A stretch of DNA of 64,000 nucleotides from Solirubrobacteraceae bacterium. GTDB taxonomy: Bacteria; Actinomycetota; Thermoleophilia; Solirubrobacterales; Solirubrobacteraceae. Shown one piece after another: positions 1-13,496 of this stretch (position 1 is the first letter of the stretch; every line of letters begins with the position of its first letter). The translations under genes and the position numbers were made by a program. The stretch lies in contig DATJMW010000013.1 of the NCBI GenBank assembly GCA_035508515.1, positions 45,772 to 109,771 of the forward strand. Reading direction: 5' to 3'. Under the pieces are notes generated by a model. It was not told the DNA's origin and made no database searches. It was given only the letters and a program-made list of their open reading frames with translations.

Positions 1-311
1 AGGCGCTCGGCGTAGTCGTCGGCGCCACGCACCATTCGCAGGCGGGCGGGGTCGGCGCTGTCGGGGTCAGCGAGCATCTTGGCGCCGCCGGTCAGCTCCA
101 TGTAGTCGCGCCAGTGCGGCAGGTAGAGGTCGCGGATCGCCCGCTTGCGGCCGGGATCGCGCACGGCGACGACGCGCCAGCCCTGGCGGTTGCCGCCGCT
201 GGGGGCGAAGCGCGCGGCGTCGAGCGCCCGCTGCAGGACCTCAGGCGCGACGGGCTCGTCGGTGAAGCGGCGGCTCGTGGGCGCGCAACGCATCGCCTCG
301 TACAGGTCCAT
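1..311 (-). CDS. Nitroreductase family protein (runs off the left window edge)
   Basis: Manual translation from ATG at 311: MDLYEAMRCAPTSRRFTDEPVAPEVLQRALDAARFAPSGGNRQGWRVVAVRD, matching the nitroreductase R-x-F...A..APSGGN.Q.W signature. Not in the ORF track. Confidence 0.8.
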   Translation of the reverse strand, partial: MDLYEAMRCAPTSRRFTDEPVAPEVLQRALDAARFAPSGGNRQGWRVVAVRDPGRKRAIRDLYLPHWRDYMELTGGAKMLADPDSADPARLRMVRGADDYAER

Positions 312-321
312 GGCCGCCAGC

Positions 322-956
322 CTAGCCGTACTCGACGCGCCTGATCACCTTCGCCGGCAGGCCGGCGGCGATCGAGAAGGGCTCGACGTCGCGCGTGACG
401 ACGCTGTTGGCCCCGATCACGCAGCGCTCGCCGATCGTGACGCCGCTGGTGACGACGACGTTCGCGCCGAGCCAACAGTTATCGCCGATTCGCGTCGGTC
501 CCTTGCTCTCGAAGCCCTGCCAGGTGATCGGCTTGCCGGGGTCGTCGAAGCGGTGGTTCGCGTCCGAGACGAAGCAGCCGTTCGCGAGCATGCAGTGCGC
601 GCCGATCTCGACCAGCTCCTCCGCCGCGACCATCACGCCCTGGTTGAGGAACGTGCCCGCCCCGATCCGCACGCGCGCAGCCCCTGGCGCCGTGATCCAG
701 ACGCCGGGCTCGAACAGCGCTTCGGCGCCGACCTCCAAGCGCCCCTGGCGCATCGCCTCCAGCACGTTGCCGTGCAGCGGCCAGCGCGCGAAGGCGCCGC
801 GGCGCATCAGCTCCCAGTGGATCCGCGCGCGGTTCCAGGGCAGCGAGTTGCGCTCGTACCAGCGCCACTTCTGCGCCCACAGGCGTGCCTGCGCCGGTAG
901 CCCGGGCGTGGCCGCCGGGGCCTCCCCCGCTCTGTCCGGGTCGGCGGCCGGCCCGC

Positions 957-960
<4 letters not shown>
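322..960 (-). CDS. Left-handed beta-helix (hexapeptide repeat) acyltransferase
   Basis: C-terminal part of ORF 322..3609: [54 protein letters not shown] start at 960 overlaps the uvrA stop. Confidence 0.85.
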
Positions 961-3950
<2,990 letters not shown>

Positions 3951-3971
3951 CTGACGGTCATTCTATGAGCC

Positions 3972-3985
3972 CGAACAGACGTTCG
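3972..3985. promoter_or_regulatory. LexA SOS box upstream of uvrA
   Basis: CGAACAGACGTTCG fits the Gram-positive/actinobacterial consensus CGAAC-RNRY-GTTCG and lies 22 bp upstream of the uvrA start. Confidence 0.85.
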
Positions 3986-4044
3986 GGTACCTCACTCCGT
4001 CTCTTCTCGCTAATTGCGCGAAAAGCCCCAGGCCTCGCGGCGGC

Positions 4045-4935
4045 CTAGGTGTCGATGGCGGCGAACACCTCGTCGATCAGCTTCCCGCGATCGGCGAGCT
4101 GGTAGTTCTCGGCGAGATAGCGGTCGGCGTCCTCGCGCGACTCGCCGTTGAGCGCCATGTTCAGCGCGACGAGCCGGGCGCTGTCGAGGTCGCCCCCCTC
4201 GCCCCCGTTCGCGGGCTGCTGCGCGGGCGGCGCGGCACCCGCGGCGATCCGCTCCCGCGGAGCGGGCGCCTCGGGGTCGAGATGCACGCCCGGAGCGGTG
4301 GTCTCGGGCGGCGAAAGCGGGGGCGGGGCCGCGGCTCGCGGCGGCGAAGACGACGGCGGCGATGCGGGCGGCGACGGGACGGGCACCGACGGCTGCGCGG
4401 CCTGGTCGGTGGCGACGGCGCGGGTGACGCCCGCCTGACCGGCGGCGGCGTCGTACAGCTCGCCCATGTTCGCCACCAGCGCCGAGAGGTCGCCGGACAG
4501 CCGCTCGGCCCCGGCGCGCAACCGGTCGACAAGATCACCGGCCTCGCGGTCCATGGCGCCCACGCGCTCGAGCAGCGTCGCGGTGGCCTCGGCGACGGCG
4601 GCGGCATGGGCCTGCGCCCGCTCGACGGCCTCCTGGCGCGTCTGGGCGGCGTCGCGATCGGCCTCCTCGCGGGTGGCCTGCGCGGCCTCGCGAGCCTGTC
4701 GCTCGATGTCGGCGGCGGCGGTCTCGGCGGCGGCGAGAATGCTCTGCACCTGGGTGCCGGCGGCGGAGGCGAGCGAGGGCTCGGAGCCGCCATCGGCGCG
4801 TTCGCGCTGCAGCTCCTCGATCTCCCCGGCGAGCGCGCGCAGGTGGGCGTCGACGGCGGCGGGGTCGTAGCCGCGCCTGGAGATCGGGAAGTCGCGCCGC
4901 TCGATCGCCTGCCGGTCGATGTCCACGGCGGCCAT
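4045..4935 (-). CDS. DivIVA domain-containing coiled-coil protein
   Basis: N-terminal IERRDFPISRRGYDPAAVDAHL DivIVA motif, Ala/Glu coiled coil, Pro-rich linker. Start at ATG 4935. Confidence 0.8.
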   Translation of the reverse strand: MAAVDIDRQAIERRDFPISRRGYDPAAVDAHLRALAGEIEELQRERADGGSEPSLASAAGTQVQSILAAAETAAADIERQAREAAQATREEADRDAAQTRQEAVERAQAHAAAVAEATATLLERVGAMDREAGDLVDRLRAGAERLSGDLSALVANMGELYDAAAGQAGVTRAVATDQAAQPSVPVPSPPASPPSSSPPRAAAPPPLSPPETTAPGVHLDPEAPAPRERIAAGAAPPAQQPANGGEGGDLDSARLVALNMALNGESREDADRYLAENYQLADRGKLIDEVFAAIDT

Positions 4936-4936
4936 C

Positions 4937-7000
4937 CTAGGCGATGTCGCCCGCGGCGGTCTCGGCGGCGCCGGAGCCGCCGGAACCGCCCTCGGCGGAC
5001 TGGATCTCGCGCAGGTCACGGCGCAGCTCGCGCAGCTCGTCGCGCAGCTGCGCGGCGTACTCGAAGCGCAGCTCGTCGGCGGCGGCGATCATCTCCTCCT
5101 CGAGCTCGACGATCATCTTCTCGAGCTCGTGCTGGGGCATCTCCTCCCCTTTGCCGCGCTTGGCGGTACGGCGTTTGCGGCCCTTCGGCACCTTCGAGTC
5201 GGACTGCAGGAACTCGGCGATGTCGGAGATGCCCTTGACGATCGTGGCGGCGGTGATCCCGTGCTCCTCGTTGTAGGCGAGCTGGATCTCGCGGCGGCGG
5301 TCGGTCTCGGAGATGGCGGCACGCATCGCGGCGGTCTCCTTGTCGGCGTACATCAGCACGGTCCCGTCGACGTTGCGGGCGGCGCGGCCGATCGTCTGGA
5401 TCAGCGAGGTCTCGCCGCGCAGGAACCCCTCCTTGTCGGCGTCGAGGATCGCGACGAGCGAGACCTCGGGCAGGTCGAGGCCCTCGCGGAGCAGGTTGAC
5501 GCCGACGAGCACGTCGTACTCGCCAAGGCGCAGGTCGCGGATGATCTGGATGCGTTCGAGCGTGTCGATCTCCGAGTGCAGGTAGCGCGTGCGGAAGCCC
5601 ATCTCCAGCAGGTACTGCGACAGATCCTCGGACATCTTCTTGGTGAGCGTGGTTACGAGCACCCGCTCGTCGCGGTCGACGCGCTTTCGCACCTCGTTCA
5701 TCAGGTCGTCGATCTGGTTCCTGGTCTCGCGCACCTCGACGGTGGGGTCGACGATCCCGGTGGGGCGCACGATCTGCTCGACGACGCGCTTGGAGTTCGA
5801 GCGCTCGTACTCGCCGGGGGTGGCGGACACGAACAGCAGCTGCGGCGTGATCGACAGGTACTCCTCGAAGCGCTGCGGGCGGTTGTCCATCGCGCTGGGC
5901 AGGCGAAAGCCGTAGTCGACGAGCGTCTGCTTGCGCGAGCGATCGCCCTCGTACATGCCGCCGATCTGCGGCACGGTCTGGTGGGACTCGTCGATGAAGC
6001 AGACGAAGTCGTCGGGGAAGTAGTCGATCAGGCAGTAGGGGCGCTCGCCGGGGGCGCGTTTGTCGAGGATCCGCGAGTAGTTCTCGATCCCGGAGCAGAA
6101 GCCCATCTCGCGCAGCATCTCCATGTCGTACTGCGTGCGCTGGCGCAGGCGGTGGGACTCGAGCAGCTTGCCCTCGGCCTCGAGTTGCTCGCAGCGCTCG
6201 TTCAGCTCGGCGCCGATCGCTTCGACGGCGCTCTCGATCGTTCCCTCCTTGACGTTGTAGTGGGTCGCGGGCCAGATCGCGACGTGCTCGAGATCGTCTT
6301 CCAGCAGCTCGCCGGTCAAGGGGTCGAAGTGCTGCAAGCGCTCGACCTCGTCGCCGAACAGCGTCGCGCGAAAGGCGGTCTCGGCGTACGCGGGGAACAC
6401 CTCGAGCGTCTCGCCCCGCACGCGGAAGCTGCCGCGCGAGAGCACCTGGTCATTGCGGGTGTACTGGATCGATACGAGCTTGCGCAGCAGCTTGTCGCGG
6501 TCGATTTCCTCGCCGCGGCGGAGGATCTGCATGTTCAGCTCGTAGGTCTCGGGCGAGCCAAGGCCGTAGATGCAGGAAACGGAGGCGACGACGATCACGT
6601 CGCGGCGCGCGAACACCGCGGCGGTGGCGGCGTGGCGCAGGCGATCGACCTCCTGGTTGATGGCGGAGTCCTTCTCGATGTAGAGGTCGCGGCTGGGGAC
6701 GTAGGCCTCTGGCTGGTAGTAGTCGTAGTAGCTGACGAAGTACTCGACGGCGTTGTCGGGGAAGAAGGTGCGGAACTCGTTGCAGAGCTGCGCGGCGAGC
6801 GTCTTGTTGTGGGCGATCACGAGCGTGGGGCGCTGCACGGCCTCGATCACGCCGGCCATCGTCATCGTCTTGCCGGTGCCGGTGGCCCCGAGCAGCGTCT
6901 GGAAGCGCTCGCCGGCCTGGATGCCTTCGGCGATCGCGGCGATCGCCTGCGGCTGGTCGGCGGTCGGGGTGAAGACGGGGTCGAGCTTGAACTCGGGCAC
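4937..7000 (-). CDS. uvrB: Excinuclease ABC subunit B
   Basis: [26 protein letters not shown] box, C-terminal UVR domain. Confidence 0.98.
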   Translation of the reverse strand: MPEFKLDPVFTPTADQPQAIAAIAEGIQAGERFQTLLGATGTGKTMTMAGVIEAVQRPTLVIAHNKTLAAQLCNEFRTFFPDNAVEYFVSYYDYYQPEAYVPSRDLYIEKDSAINQEVDRLRHAATAAVFARRDVIVVASVSCIYGLGSPETYELNMQILRRGEEIDRDKLLRKLVSIQYTRNDQVLSRGSFRVRGETLEVFPAYAETAFRATLFGDEVERLQHFDPLTGELLEDDLEHVAIWPATHYNVKEGTIESAVEAIGAELNERCEQLEAEGKLLESHRLRQRTQYDMEMLREMGFCSGIENYSRILDKRAPGERPYCLIDYFPDDFVCFIDESHQTVPQIGGMYEGDRSRKQTLVDYGFRLPSAMDNRPQRFEEYLSITPQLLFVSATPGEYERSNSKRVVEQIVRPTGIVDPTVEVRETRNQIDDLMNEVRKRVDRDERVLVTTLTKKMSEDLSQYLLEMGFRTRYLHSEIDTLERIQIIRDLRLGEYDVLVGVNLLREGLDLPEVSLVAILDADKEGFLRGETSLIQTIGRAARNVDGTVLMYADKETAAMRAAISETDRRREIQLAYNEEHGITAATIVKGISDIAEFLQSDSKVPKGRKRRTAKRGKGEEMPQHELEKMIVELEEEMIAAADELRFEYAAQLRDELRELRRDLREIQSAEGGSGGSGAAETAAGDIA

Positions 7001-7063
7001 GCTCTCTACCGTAGCGAGCGCTATCGATGATGGGGCAGGCCCGCCGGGAGCGGCGTGCCTGCT

Positions 7064-7747
7064 CTATTGAATGCCGAGCGCGCGAGCGTAGGTCGAGCGG
7101 TAGTCCTGCTGCGCGGCAAGCACCCGTTCGACGTAGGCGCGCGTCTCGGGGAAGGGGATCTCCGCGACGGTCAGGTGCCCGCCGCGTGCCTTCGCCCGCG
7201 CGACCCAGCGGTCGACGTTCGCGAGACCGGCGTTGTAGGCGGCGACGGCGAGCATCTCGTCGCCGTCGTAGTGGTCGAGCAGGTAGCGCAGGTAGTAGCT
7301 GCCGTAGGCGACGTTGATGCTGGGCGTGGCGAGGTCGCTCTCGGTGAACTGCGAGCCACCGGACAGGTGCGCGATGAAGTAGGCGGTTTCGGGCAGGATC
7401 TGCATCAGCCCCTCCGCCCCGGCGGAGGACTGCTCGGGAGAAAATTTCGACTCCGCGTAGATGACGCCGGCGATCAGCGCGGGGTCGAGGTGCTTCTCGG
7501 CGGCCTGTTCGCGGATCACGTCGGCGTTCGTGAGCGGCAGGCCGAGCCTCGAGACGGCGTGGTTGACCTCTGAGGCGACGAGCACGCCGGCGAGCGCGAG
7601 CAGCGCGAGCACGACGACGGCGCCGAGCGCGCGGCGTCGAGCCAGGCGCGCTCGCCGCGACGCGCCCGCCCGCCGCGATGCCCGCGCGGCGGAGCCGCCG
7701 CGCGAGGAGCGTGCGTGACGGGCGTCGATCGCCGTCTGCCGGCTCAT
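7064..7747 (-). CDS. Membrane-anchored lytic transglycosylase (SLT domain)
   Basis: One TM helix, then IYAES (catalytic Glu), GLMQI, AAYNAG motifs. Confidence 0.9.
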   Translation of the reverse strand: MSRQTAIDARHARSSRGGSAARASRRAGASRRARLARRRALGAVVVLALLALAGVLVASEVNHAVSRLGLPLTNADVIREQAAEKHLDPALIAGVIYAESKFSPEQSSAGAEGLMQILPETAYFIAHLSGGSQFTESDLATPSINVAYGSYYLRYLLDHYDGDEMLAVAAYNAGLANVDRWVARAKARGGHLTVAEIPFPETRAYVERVLAAQQDYRSTYARALGIQ

Positions 7748-8355
7748 CCGCCTAGCTTGTCAAGAACCGCCGACAACTCACGTTCCAACTCCTGCTCGGT
7801 GCCGTCGTTGCGGACTACGAACGTCGCACGTTCCGCCTTTTCCCGCTGCGAGAGCTGGCGCGCGGCGCGCTCGTCGAGCGCGGCGTGCCCGCGCGCGGCG
7901 GCGCGCTGGTGGCGTAGCTGCTCGTCCGAGACGACGACGATCGTCGCGTCGTAGATGCCCTCCTGCCCGGACTCGAACAGCAGCGGCACCTCGACGACCG
8001 CGGCGCGCGGCCGCTCGGCGCCGGGGGCCGGGTCGGCGCGCGCCTCGGTCAGCCAGGCGGCGACGCGCGCCCCGACGAGCGGCCACAGCCGCTGCTCCAG
8101 CCAGGCCCGGTCCTCGGGCGTGGCGAACGCGCGCTCGGCGACCTTCGCGCGGTCGATCGTGCCGCCGGGCGCGACCTCCGCCCCCCAGCGCTCGACGACG
8201 GCCTCCCGCAGCTGCCGGTCGCCGGCCCACAGCTCATGCACGACGGCGTCGCTGGAGATCGTCGCGGCGCCCAAGCGCGCGAGCGCCGCGAGCGCGGTCG
8301 ACTTGCCGGCGCCGATGCCTCCGGTCAGCCCGACGAACGGGATGAGATCCGGCAC
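7744..8355 (-). CDS. coaE: Dephospho-CoA kinase
   Basis: VGLTGGIGAGKST, D-A-VVH, EVPLLFE motifs. Lies downstream of rpsA. Confidence 0.93.
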   Translation of the reverse strand: MPDLIPFVGLTGGIGAGKSTALAALARLGAATISSDAVVHELWAGDRQLREAVVERWGAEVAPGGTIDRAKVAERAFATPEDRAWLEQRLWPLVGARVAAWLTEARADPAPGAERPRAAVVEVPLLFESGQEGIYDATIVVVSDEQLRHQRAAARGHAALDERAARQLSQREKAERATFVVRNDGTEQELERELSAVLDKLGG

Positions 8356-8379
8356 CGGCCCGGCGGAAAGGGCGCGGCC

Positions 8380-9915
8380 CTACTCGGACTCGGCGGCGGC
8401 TTCCGCCTCGGCGGCCGCGGCGTCCGGCAGCGGCGCGGCGTCGCCGGCGACGTTCTCGCCCACGGGCTCCTCGACGGCGTCCTCCGCTGGCGCCTCGGCG
8501 ACAGGCTCCTCCGCGGGCGCTTCGGCGACGGGCTCCTCTGCGGCAGCCTCAGCCGCGGGCTCGGCGGGCTGCGGCTCGGGCGCCGCCTCCGCGGATGCCT
8601 CTTCCGCGGGCGCCTCCTCCGCGACCTCCGCGACAAGCGCCTCGGCGGGAGCGGCCTCCGCGGCGGGCGCCTCCTCGAAGGCAGGCGCCTCCTCAGCGGC
8701 AGGCGCTGCTTCCGCGGCGGGCGCGGCCTCCGCTGCGGGCGCCTCGGCTGCGGGCGCCTCGGCGGCGGGTTCGTTCGGGCGCGACACCGGCAGGATCTGG
8801 TCCTCGACGCGCTTCGCCGACAGCGACAGGCGGCGGCGCTCGGAGTCGATCTCGAGGATCTTCACGCGGATCTCGTCGCCCGGGTGAACGATCTCGCGGG
8901 GACTCTCGACGTGGTGCGGCGCGAGCTCGGAGATGTGCACGAGGCCCTCGACGCCGTCGAGGATCTCAACGAAGGCGCCGAAGGTGACGACCTTCGTGAC
9001 CTTGCCCTCCAGCTCGTCGCCGACGTTGTAGGTGTCGACGATCCGCTGCCAGGGGTCCTCCTGGGTCTGCTTCAGGCCCAGCGAGATGCGCTGGCGGTCG
9101 CGGTCGATGTCGAGCACCTTGACCTTGACGGTGTCGCCGATCGAGAGGATCTCGCTCGGGTGGTTGACGTGCGACCAGGAAAGCTCGGAGATGTGGATCA
9201 GGCCGTCGATCCCGTCGAGGTCCACGAACGCGCCGAAGTCGACGATGTTCGAGATCTGCCCTTCGACCACGAGGCCGGGCTGGAGGCGGTCGAGGATCTG
9301 CTGGCGGACCTCCTTGCGCTCCTCCTCCAGCACCGCGCGGCGCGACAGCACGACGTTGTTGCGCGAGCGGTTCAGCTCGATGACCTTCGTCTCGATCTTC
9401 GTGCCCATGTACTCGTCGAGGTTCGGCACGCGGCGGATGTCCACGAGCGATGCGGGCAGGAAGCCACGCACGCCAAGGTCGATGATCAGGCCGCCCTTGA
9501 CGACCTCGATCACGGTCCCCTCGACCGGCTCGCCGGACTCGTTGGCGGCTTCGATGCGGCGCCACGCTTTCTCGAAGCGGGCGCGCTTCTTGGACATGAT
9601 CAGGCGGCCGTCCTGGTCCTCCTTGGTGAGGACGATCGCGTCGACCTCCTCGCCGAGGTGGACCTCGTCCTTGGGATCGACCGACTTGCGGATCGAAAGC
9701 TCGTTCGCGGGGATGACCCCCTCGGACTTGTAGCCGATGTCGACAAGCACCTCGTCCTTGTCGATGCGGACGACGTGACCCGTTACGACCTCGCCCTCCT
9801 CGATCGTCCGGAAGGTCGCCTCGTAGTTGGGGACGATCGCGCCGTCGACCTCCAGCAGGAGGCCGTTCGACCCCTCGACCACCCGGGCTTGAGGATTCTC
9901 CATCACCGTTTGCAC
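8380..9915 (-). CDS. rpsA: 30S ribosomal protein S1 with long acidic Ala/Glu/Pro tail
   Basis: Four S1 repeats (DIGYKSEGVIP, RGFLPASL, DGLIHISELSW, EGLVHISEL). The start may be ATG 9903. Confidence 0.95.
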   Translation of the reverse strand: MQTVMENPQARVVEGSNGLLLEVDGAIVPNYEATFRTIEEGEVVTGHVVRIDKDEVLVDIGYKSEGVIPANELSIRKSVDPKDEVHLGEEVDAIVLTKEDQDGRLIMSKKRARFEKAWRRIEAANESGEPVEGTVIEVVKGGLIIDLGVRGFLPASLVDIRRVPNLDEYMGTKIETKVIELNRSRNNVVLSRRAVLEEERKEVRQQILDRLQPGLVVEGQISNIVDFGAFVDLDGIDGLIHISELSWSHVNHPSEILSIGDTVKVKVLDIDRDRQRISLGLKQTQEDPWQRIVDTYNVGDELEGKVTKVVTFGAFVEILDGVEGLVHISELAPHHVESPREIVHPGDEIRVKILEIDSERRRLSLSAKRVEDQILPVSRPNEPAAEAPAAEAPAAEAAPAAEAAPAAEEAPAFEEAPAAEAAPAEALVAEVAEEAPAEEASAEAAPEPQPAEPAAEAAAEEPVAEAPAEEPVAEAPAEDAVEEPVGENVAGDAAPLPDAAAAEAEAAAESE

Positions 9916-9967
9916 CGGCGAAGCCTAGCGCAGCATCGGCGCGGTCGCCCGTATCATTGCTCGGCAG

Positions 9968-11116
9968 ATGCCTGTACGAGCGACGACGCGGGGAGCGGCG
10001 CGCACGCCACTCGAGCGCGACTGCGACGTCCTGGTGTGCGGCGCGAGCTTCGCGGGCCTGACGATCGCCCGCGAGCTGGCGGGCTCGGGCGCGCGCGTGC
10101 TGCTGCTGGACCGCTACGAGATCGGCGAGCGCCAGACCTCCGCGTGCGCGATGCCGACGCGCTGGCTGAACGCGATGGACCTGCAGGACTCCCACCGCCA
10201 GACGTTCGGCGAGCTGGTGGTGCACACGAAGTTCAACACCTCGCGCTGGTCGCTGCCCTGGTCGTTCTCGACGTTCGACTACCGCGAGCTGTGCGCGCTC
10301 CTGTGGGGCCAGGCCGGCGACGGCGACGTGGAGTTCGCGACGGCGACGATCACCGGCCGTGAGGGCGACACGGTGATCACGGACCGCGGCCGGCTGACGG
10401 CGCCGCTGATCGTGGACGCGCTCGGCTGGCGGCGCGTGCTCTCGAACGCCTCGACGATCCAGCCGCCGAACGCGCGGCTGTCGCGCGGCCTGGAGGTGCA
10501 CCCGGAGGGCAACGGCGAGGAGCTTGAGCTGTGGGTCGACCCGCGCTACGTCCGCGCCGGCTACTCGTGGAGCTTCCCCGCCGCGGGCGAGCTGCGCGTG
10601 GGCGTCGGCTCGTTCTGGCCCTCCCACCACGTCAAGGAGCCGACGGTCAGGCTCGCGGGCGACCTTGGCCTGCCCCCCGAGCGCTACCAGGGCAACTGGA
10701 TACCGCATCAGCTCCGCCCCGCCGTGGAGGACGGCGTGTTCTTTGTCGGCGACTCCGCCGGCCACTGTCTCCCATTGACGGCGGAGGGCATCCGCACGGC
10801 GCTCTACTTCGGCCTCGCCTGCGGGCGCGAGCTGCGCGAGGTCGTGCAGGGACGGCGCACGCGCGAGCAGGCGCTCCAGCGCTACGGGACGTTCTCGGCC
10901 TCGCACGCGCGCAAGTTCGAGTGGATGCTGCGCGTGCAGCGCGCGGTCGGGCGGGTCACCCCGAGCCGCTCGCTAGCGGCGGTGATCCGGATGTTCGAGA
11001 ACCGCCGGCTGTGCGCCTGGACGTTCGACCGCTATCTCGATATCGCCCCGCCGACGTTCGTGGCGGACGGCGTGCGCGCGCTGACCCGCTCGCGGGTGAC
11101 GGCGCTGTCAGCCTGA
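9968..11116 (+). CDS. FAD-dependent oxidoreductase, geranylgeranyl-reductase-like
   Basis: DVLVCGASFAG dinucleotide-binding motif, GYSWSFP, VGDSAGHCLPLTAEGI. Confidence 0.75.
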   Translation: MPVRATTRGAARTPLERDCDVLVCGASFAGLTIARELAGSGARVLLLDRYEIGERQTSACAMPTRWLNAMDLQDSHRQTFGELVVHTKFNTSRWSLPWSFSTFDYRELCALLWGQAGDGDVEFATATITGREGDTVITDRGRLTAPLIVDALGWRRVLSNASTIQPPNARLSRGLEVHPEGNGEELELWVDPRYVRAGYSWSFPAAGELRVGVGSFWPSHHVKEPTVRLAGDLGLPPERYQGNWIPHQLRPAVEDGVFFVGDSAGHCLPLTAEGIRTALYFGLACGRELREVVQGRRTREQALQRYGTFSASHARKFEWMLRVQRAVGRVTPSRSLAAVIRMFENRRLCAWTFDRYLDIAPPTFVADGVRALTRSRVTALSA

Positions 11117-11629
11117 CCCCGGCGCCCACGCGCCGGGCGCGATCTCCAGGAAGCACATGTCGACGCGCAGCAGGTCCATCGCGCGCTCGAACAGCTCGCG
11201 ACCCAGGCCGTAGCGCGCGGCCAGCGCCTGCTCCGCGACGCGCTCCTCCCCGGCGTCGAGCACCCGCGCTCGCGCCTCGAACGGCGCCCCCAGCGGCTCG
11301 CCGCGAACGGTGCAGGGCGCGACGAGCAGGCGCGCGTCGTTGCGCAGCCGCTTGAGCTTCCCGGAGGCGCGCTCGGAGCGTACGTACAACAGCCCGCCCG
11401 CGCCGGGCGCCGCCCACACCGGCGTCGGCACCGGCGTGCCGTCGCGGCGGTACGTCACCAGCAGCGCGCGCTTGTGGCGCGCGATCTCCCCCGGCGTACC
11501 CGTGCGCGCGGCGCCCGCGATCCGGCGTGCCCCGCGCGGCGCGTTGCGGGCCGCGAGCCGGGCGGTGAACAGCGCCGCGGGCAACCTTCGGCCCGGCACG
11601 GGACGGGCACCGGGCCGCGCCTGGCTCAC
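11108..11629 (-). CDS. PPOX-class F420-dependent oxidoreductase-like protein
   Basis: LLVTYRRDGTPVPTPVW...SGKLKRLRNDARLLVAPCTVRG motif. Confidence 0.8.
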   Translation of the reverse strand: MSQARPGARPVPGRRLPAALFTARLAARNAPRGARRIAGAARTGTPGEIARHKRALLVTYRRDGTPVPTPVWAAPGAGGLLYVRSERASGKLKRLRNDARLLVAPCTVRGEPLGAPFEARARVLDAGEERVAEQALAARYGLGRELFERAMDLLRVDMCFLEIAPGAWAPGSG

Positions 11630-12996
11630 AGCTCCCCCAGCACGTGCGCGAGCCGGCGCACGCCCTCAGCGATCGCCGGCTCGGACAGGTTCGCGTAGCC
11701 CATCACCAGCGACCGCACCTCTGCCCGCGGCTCGACTTCATGGAAGTTCAGCGGGTAGATCCCGAGCGACTCCGCCGCGGCGCCGGCGAGCAGCGCCTGA
11801 AGCTCGGCGGGCTCGGGCAGCTCCAGCAGCGCGTGCAGCCCCGCGGAGACGCCACTCACCCGCGCCCGCGGCATGTGCTCCGCGACGGCGGCGAGCAGCG
11901 CGTCGCGGCGCGAGCGGTTCAGGCGCCGGGCCTTGCGCAGGTGCCGGTCGTAGGCGGCGGTCTGCAGGAGCCGCGCGAGCACGAGCTGCTCGACGGTCGA
12001 GCAGCCAAGGTCGTCGAACGCCTTCGCTTCCGCGACCGGCGCGATGAGCGATGGCGGCAGCACCAGCCAGCCAAGGCGCAGGCCGGGCGCGAGCGTCTTC
12101 GAGACCGTCCCGAGGTAGACGACGCGATCGGACGCGAGACCCTGCAACGCGCCGAGTGGCGCGCGGTCATAGCGGAACTCCGCGTCGTAGTCGTCCTCGA
12201 TCACGATGCCCCCCTCCCGCGCCCAGCGCACGAGCTCGCCGCGACGGGAGGGCGAGAGCACGACGCCCGTGGGGCACTGGTGCGCCGGCGTGCAAAGCAC
12301 GACGGGCGCGCGCAGCGACGAGACCACCAGCCCCTGCTCGTCCACCCGCGCGCCGCGCACGGACAGGCCGGCGTAGGCGAGCACCGCGCGATGCGGCGGC
12401 AGCCCGGGGTCCTCGACGTCGATCGCCTCGACGCCGCGCGTGCGGAGCGCGCGGGCGAGCAGCGCGAGGCCCTGGGTCGCGCCGGCGCAGACGACGATCG
12501 CCTCCGGGTCGGCGGCGACGCCGCGCACGCGGCGCAGGTACGCGCTGAGCGCGCTGCGCAGCTCGGGCGCGCCGCGCGGATTGGGGTAGGCAAAGGCGCT
12601 GTCGGGCGCCGAGCGCAACACCTCGCGCGTCGCGCTGAGCCACAGCGCGCGCGGGAACGAGGACAGCGACGGCGCCCCGGGGAAGAAGTCGAACCGCAGC
12701 CTGCCCGCGGGGCGCGGGCCGGCCGCGGGCTCCTCGCTGGTCCCCGCATCCGCGACGTACGTGCCGGCGCCCCGGCGCGCGACGAGGTAGCCCTCCGCGA
12801 GCAGTTGCGCGTAGGCGTCGACCACGAGCCGCCGCGAGACGCCCAGGTCGCCGGCGAGCGCGCGCGAGGAGGGCATGCGGCTCCCGGCGGCGAGCGTGCC
12901 GTCGCGGACCAGCTCGCGCAGGCGATCCTCCAGCTGCGCGCGGCGCTTGCCGCCGCGCAGGCGGACGAGCAGCTCCGGGCCATAACTGGTACCCAT
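11626..12996 (-). CDS. MocR/GabR family regulator (GntR HTH + PLP aminotransferase-like domain)
   Basis: RMPSSRALAGDLGVSR HTH, IEDDYDAEFRY, GTVSKTLAPGLRLGW (PLP Lys). Start likely at 12996; the track gives 13017. Confidence 0.9.
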   Translation of the reverse strand: MGTSYGPELLVRLRGGKRRAQLEDRLRELVRDGTLAAGSRMPSSRALAGDLGVSRRLVVDAYAQLLAEGYLVARRGAGTYVADAGTSEEPAAGPRPAGRLRFDFFPGAPSLSSFPRALWLSATREVLRSAPDSAFAYPNPRGAPELRSALSAYLRRVRGVAADPEAIVVCAGATQGLALLARALRTRGVEAIDVEDPGLPPHRAVLAYAGLSVRGARVDEQGLVVSSLRAPVVLCTPAHQCPTGVVLSPSRRGELVRWAREGGIVIEDDYDAEFRYDRAPLGALQGLASDRVVYLGTVSKTLAPGLRLGWLVLPPSLIAPVAEAKAFDDLGCSTVEQLVLARLLQTAAYDRHLRKARRLNRSRRDALLAAVAEHMPRARVSGVSAGLHALLELPEPAELQALLAGAAAESLGIYPLNFHEVEPRAEVRSLVMGYANLSEPAIAEGVRRLAHVLGEL

Positions 12997-13014
12997 TTCT
13001 GCCGTTGAACTGGT
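12984..13014. promoter_or_regulatory. Possible MocR operator (AACTGGT direct repeats)
   Basis: AACTGGT at 12984 and 13008 in the divergent promoter region. MocR proteins commonly bind short direct repeats at such promoters. Confidence 0.35.
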
Positions 13015-13496
13015 CACTGTTCGGGAACCACCTGTGGGCTAATGTAGCGGGCGTGTCAACCGCCGGCGAGATCCCCGCAGCAACCGCCGGCGCCCCCTCC
13101 CGCGAGGACTCGATCGTCGTCGCGGGGCTGATCGCGTTCGCGGTGGTGAACCTGGCGATCGCGGCGATGCTGACGTTCGCGCCGCATGCCTTCTTCGAAG
13201 ACATCGGCCCCTACGGCGCGCAGAACGACCACTACATGCGCGACATCGCGACGTTCTACGCCGCGATCGGCGTCGCGGGCCTGATCGCCTGCCGCCGCCG
13301 CTCCTGGCGCACGCCGGTGCTGTGCCTGCTCGCGCTCCAGTACGGCCTGCACGCGATCAACCACCTCGCCGACATCGGCGCAGCCCACACCCGCTGGCTC
13401 GGGCCGGCCAACTTCGCCTCGCTCGCGGTCGCGACCGCGGCGCTGGTCTGGCTGGCGCGCGAGTCGGCACGATCCCCGGAGGTGCAGAGGTCATGA
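13005..13496 (+). CDS. Small integral membrane protein (about 4 TM)
   Basis: Four hydrophobic segments. Stop overlaps the next ATG. Start uncertain. Confidence 0.7.
   Translation: MNWSLFGNHLWANVAGVSTAGEIPAATAGAPSREDSIVVAGLIAFAVVNLAIAAMLTFAPHAFFEDIGPYGAQNDHYMRDIATFYAAIGVAGLIACRRRSWRTPVLCLLALQYGLHAINHLADIGAAHTRWLGPANFASLAVATAALVWLARESARSPEVQRS

Noticed and set aside
4919-7030. Long antisense ORFs mirroring real genes (e.g. 4919..7030, 18237..19715, 57772..58743)
   Set aside because: Antisense open frames are expected from GC3 bias, and they have no motifs or RBS.
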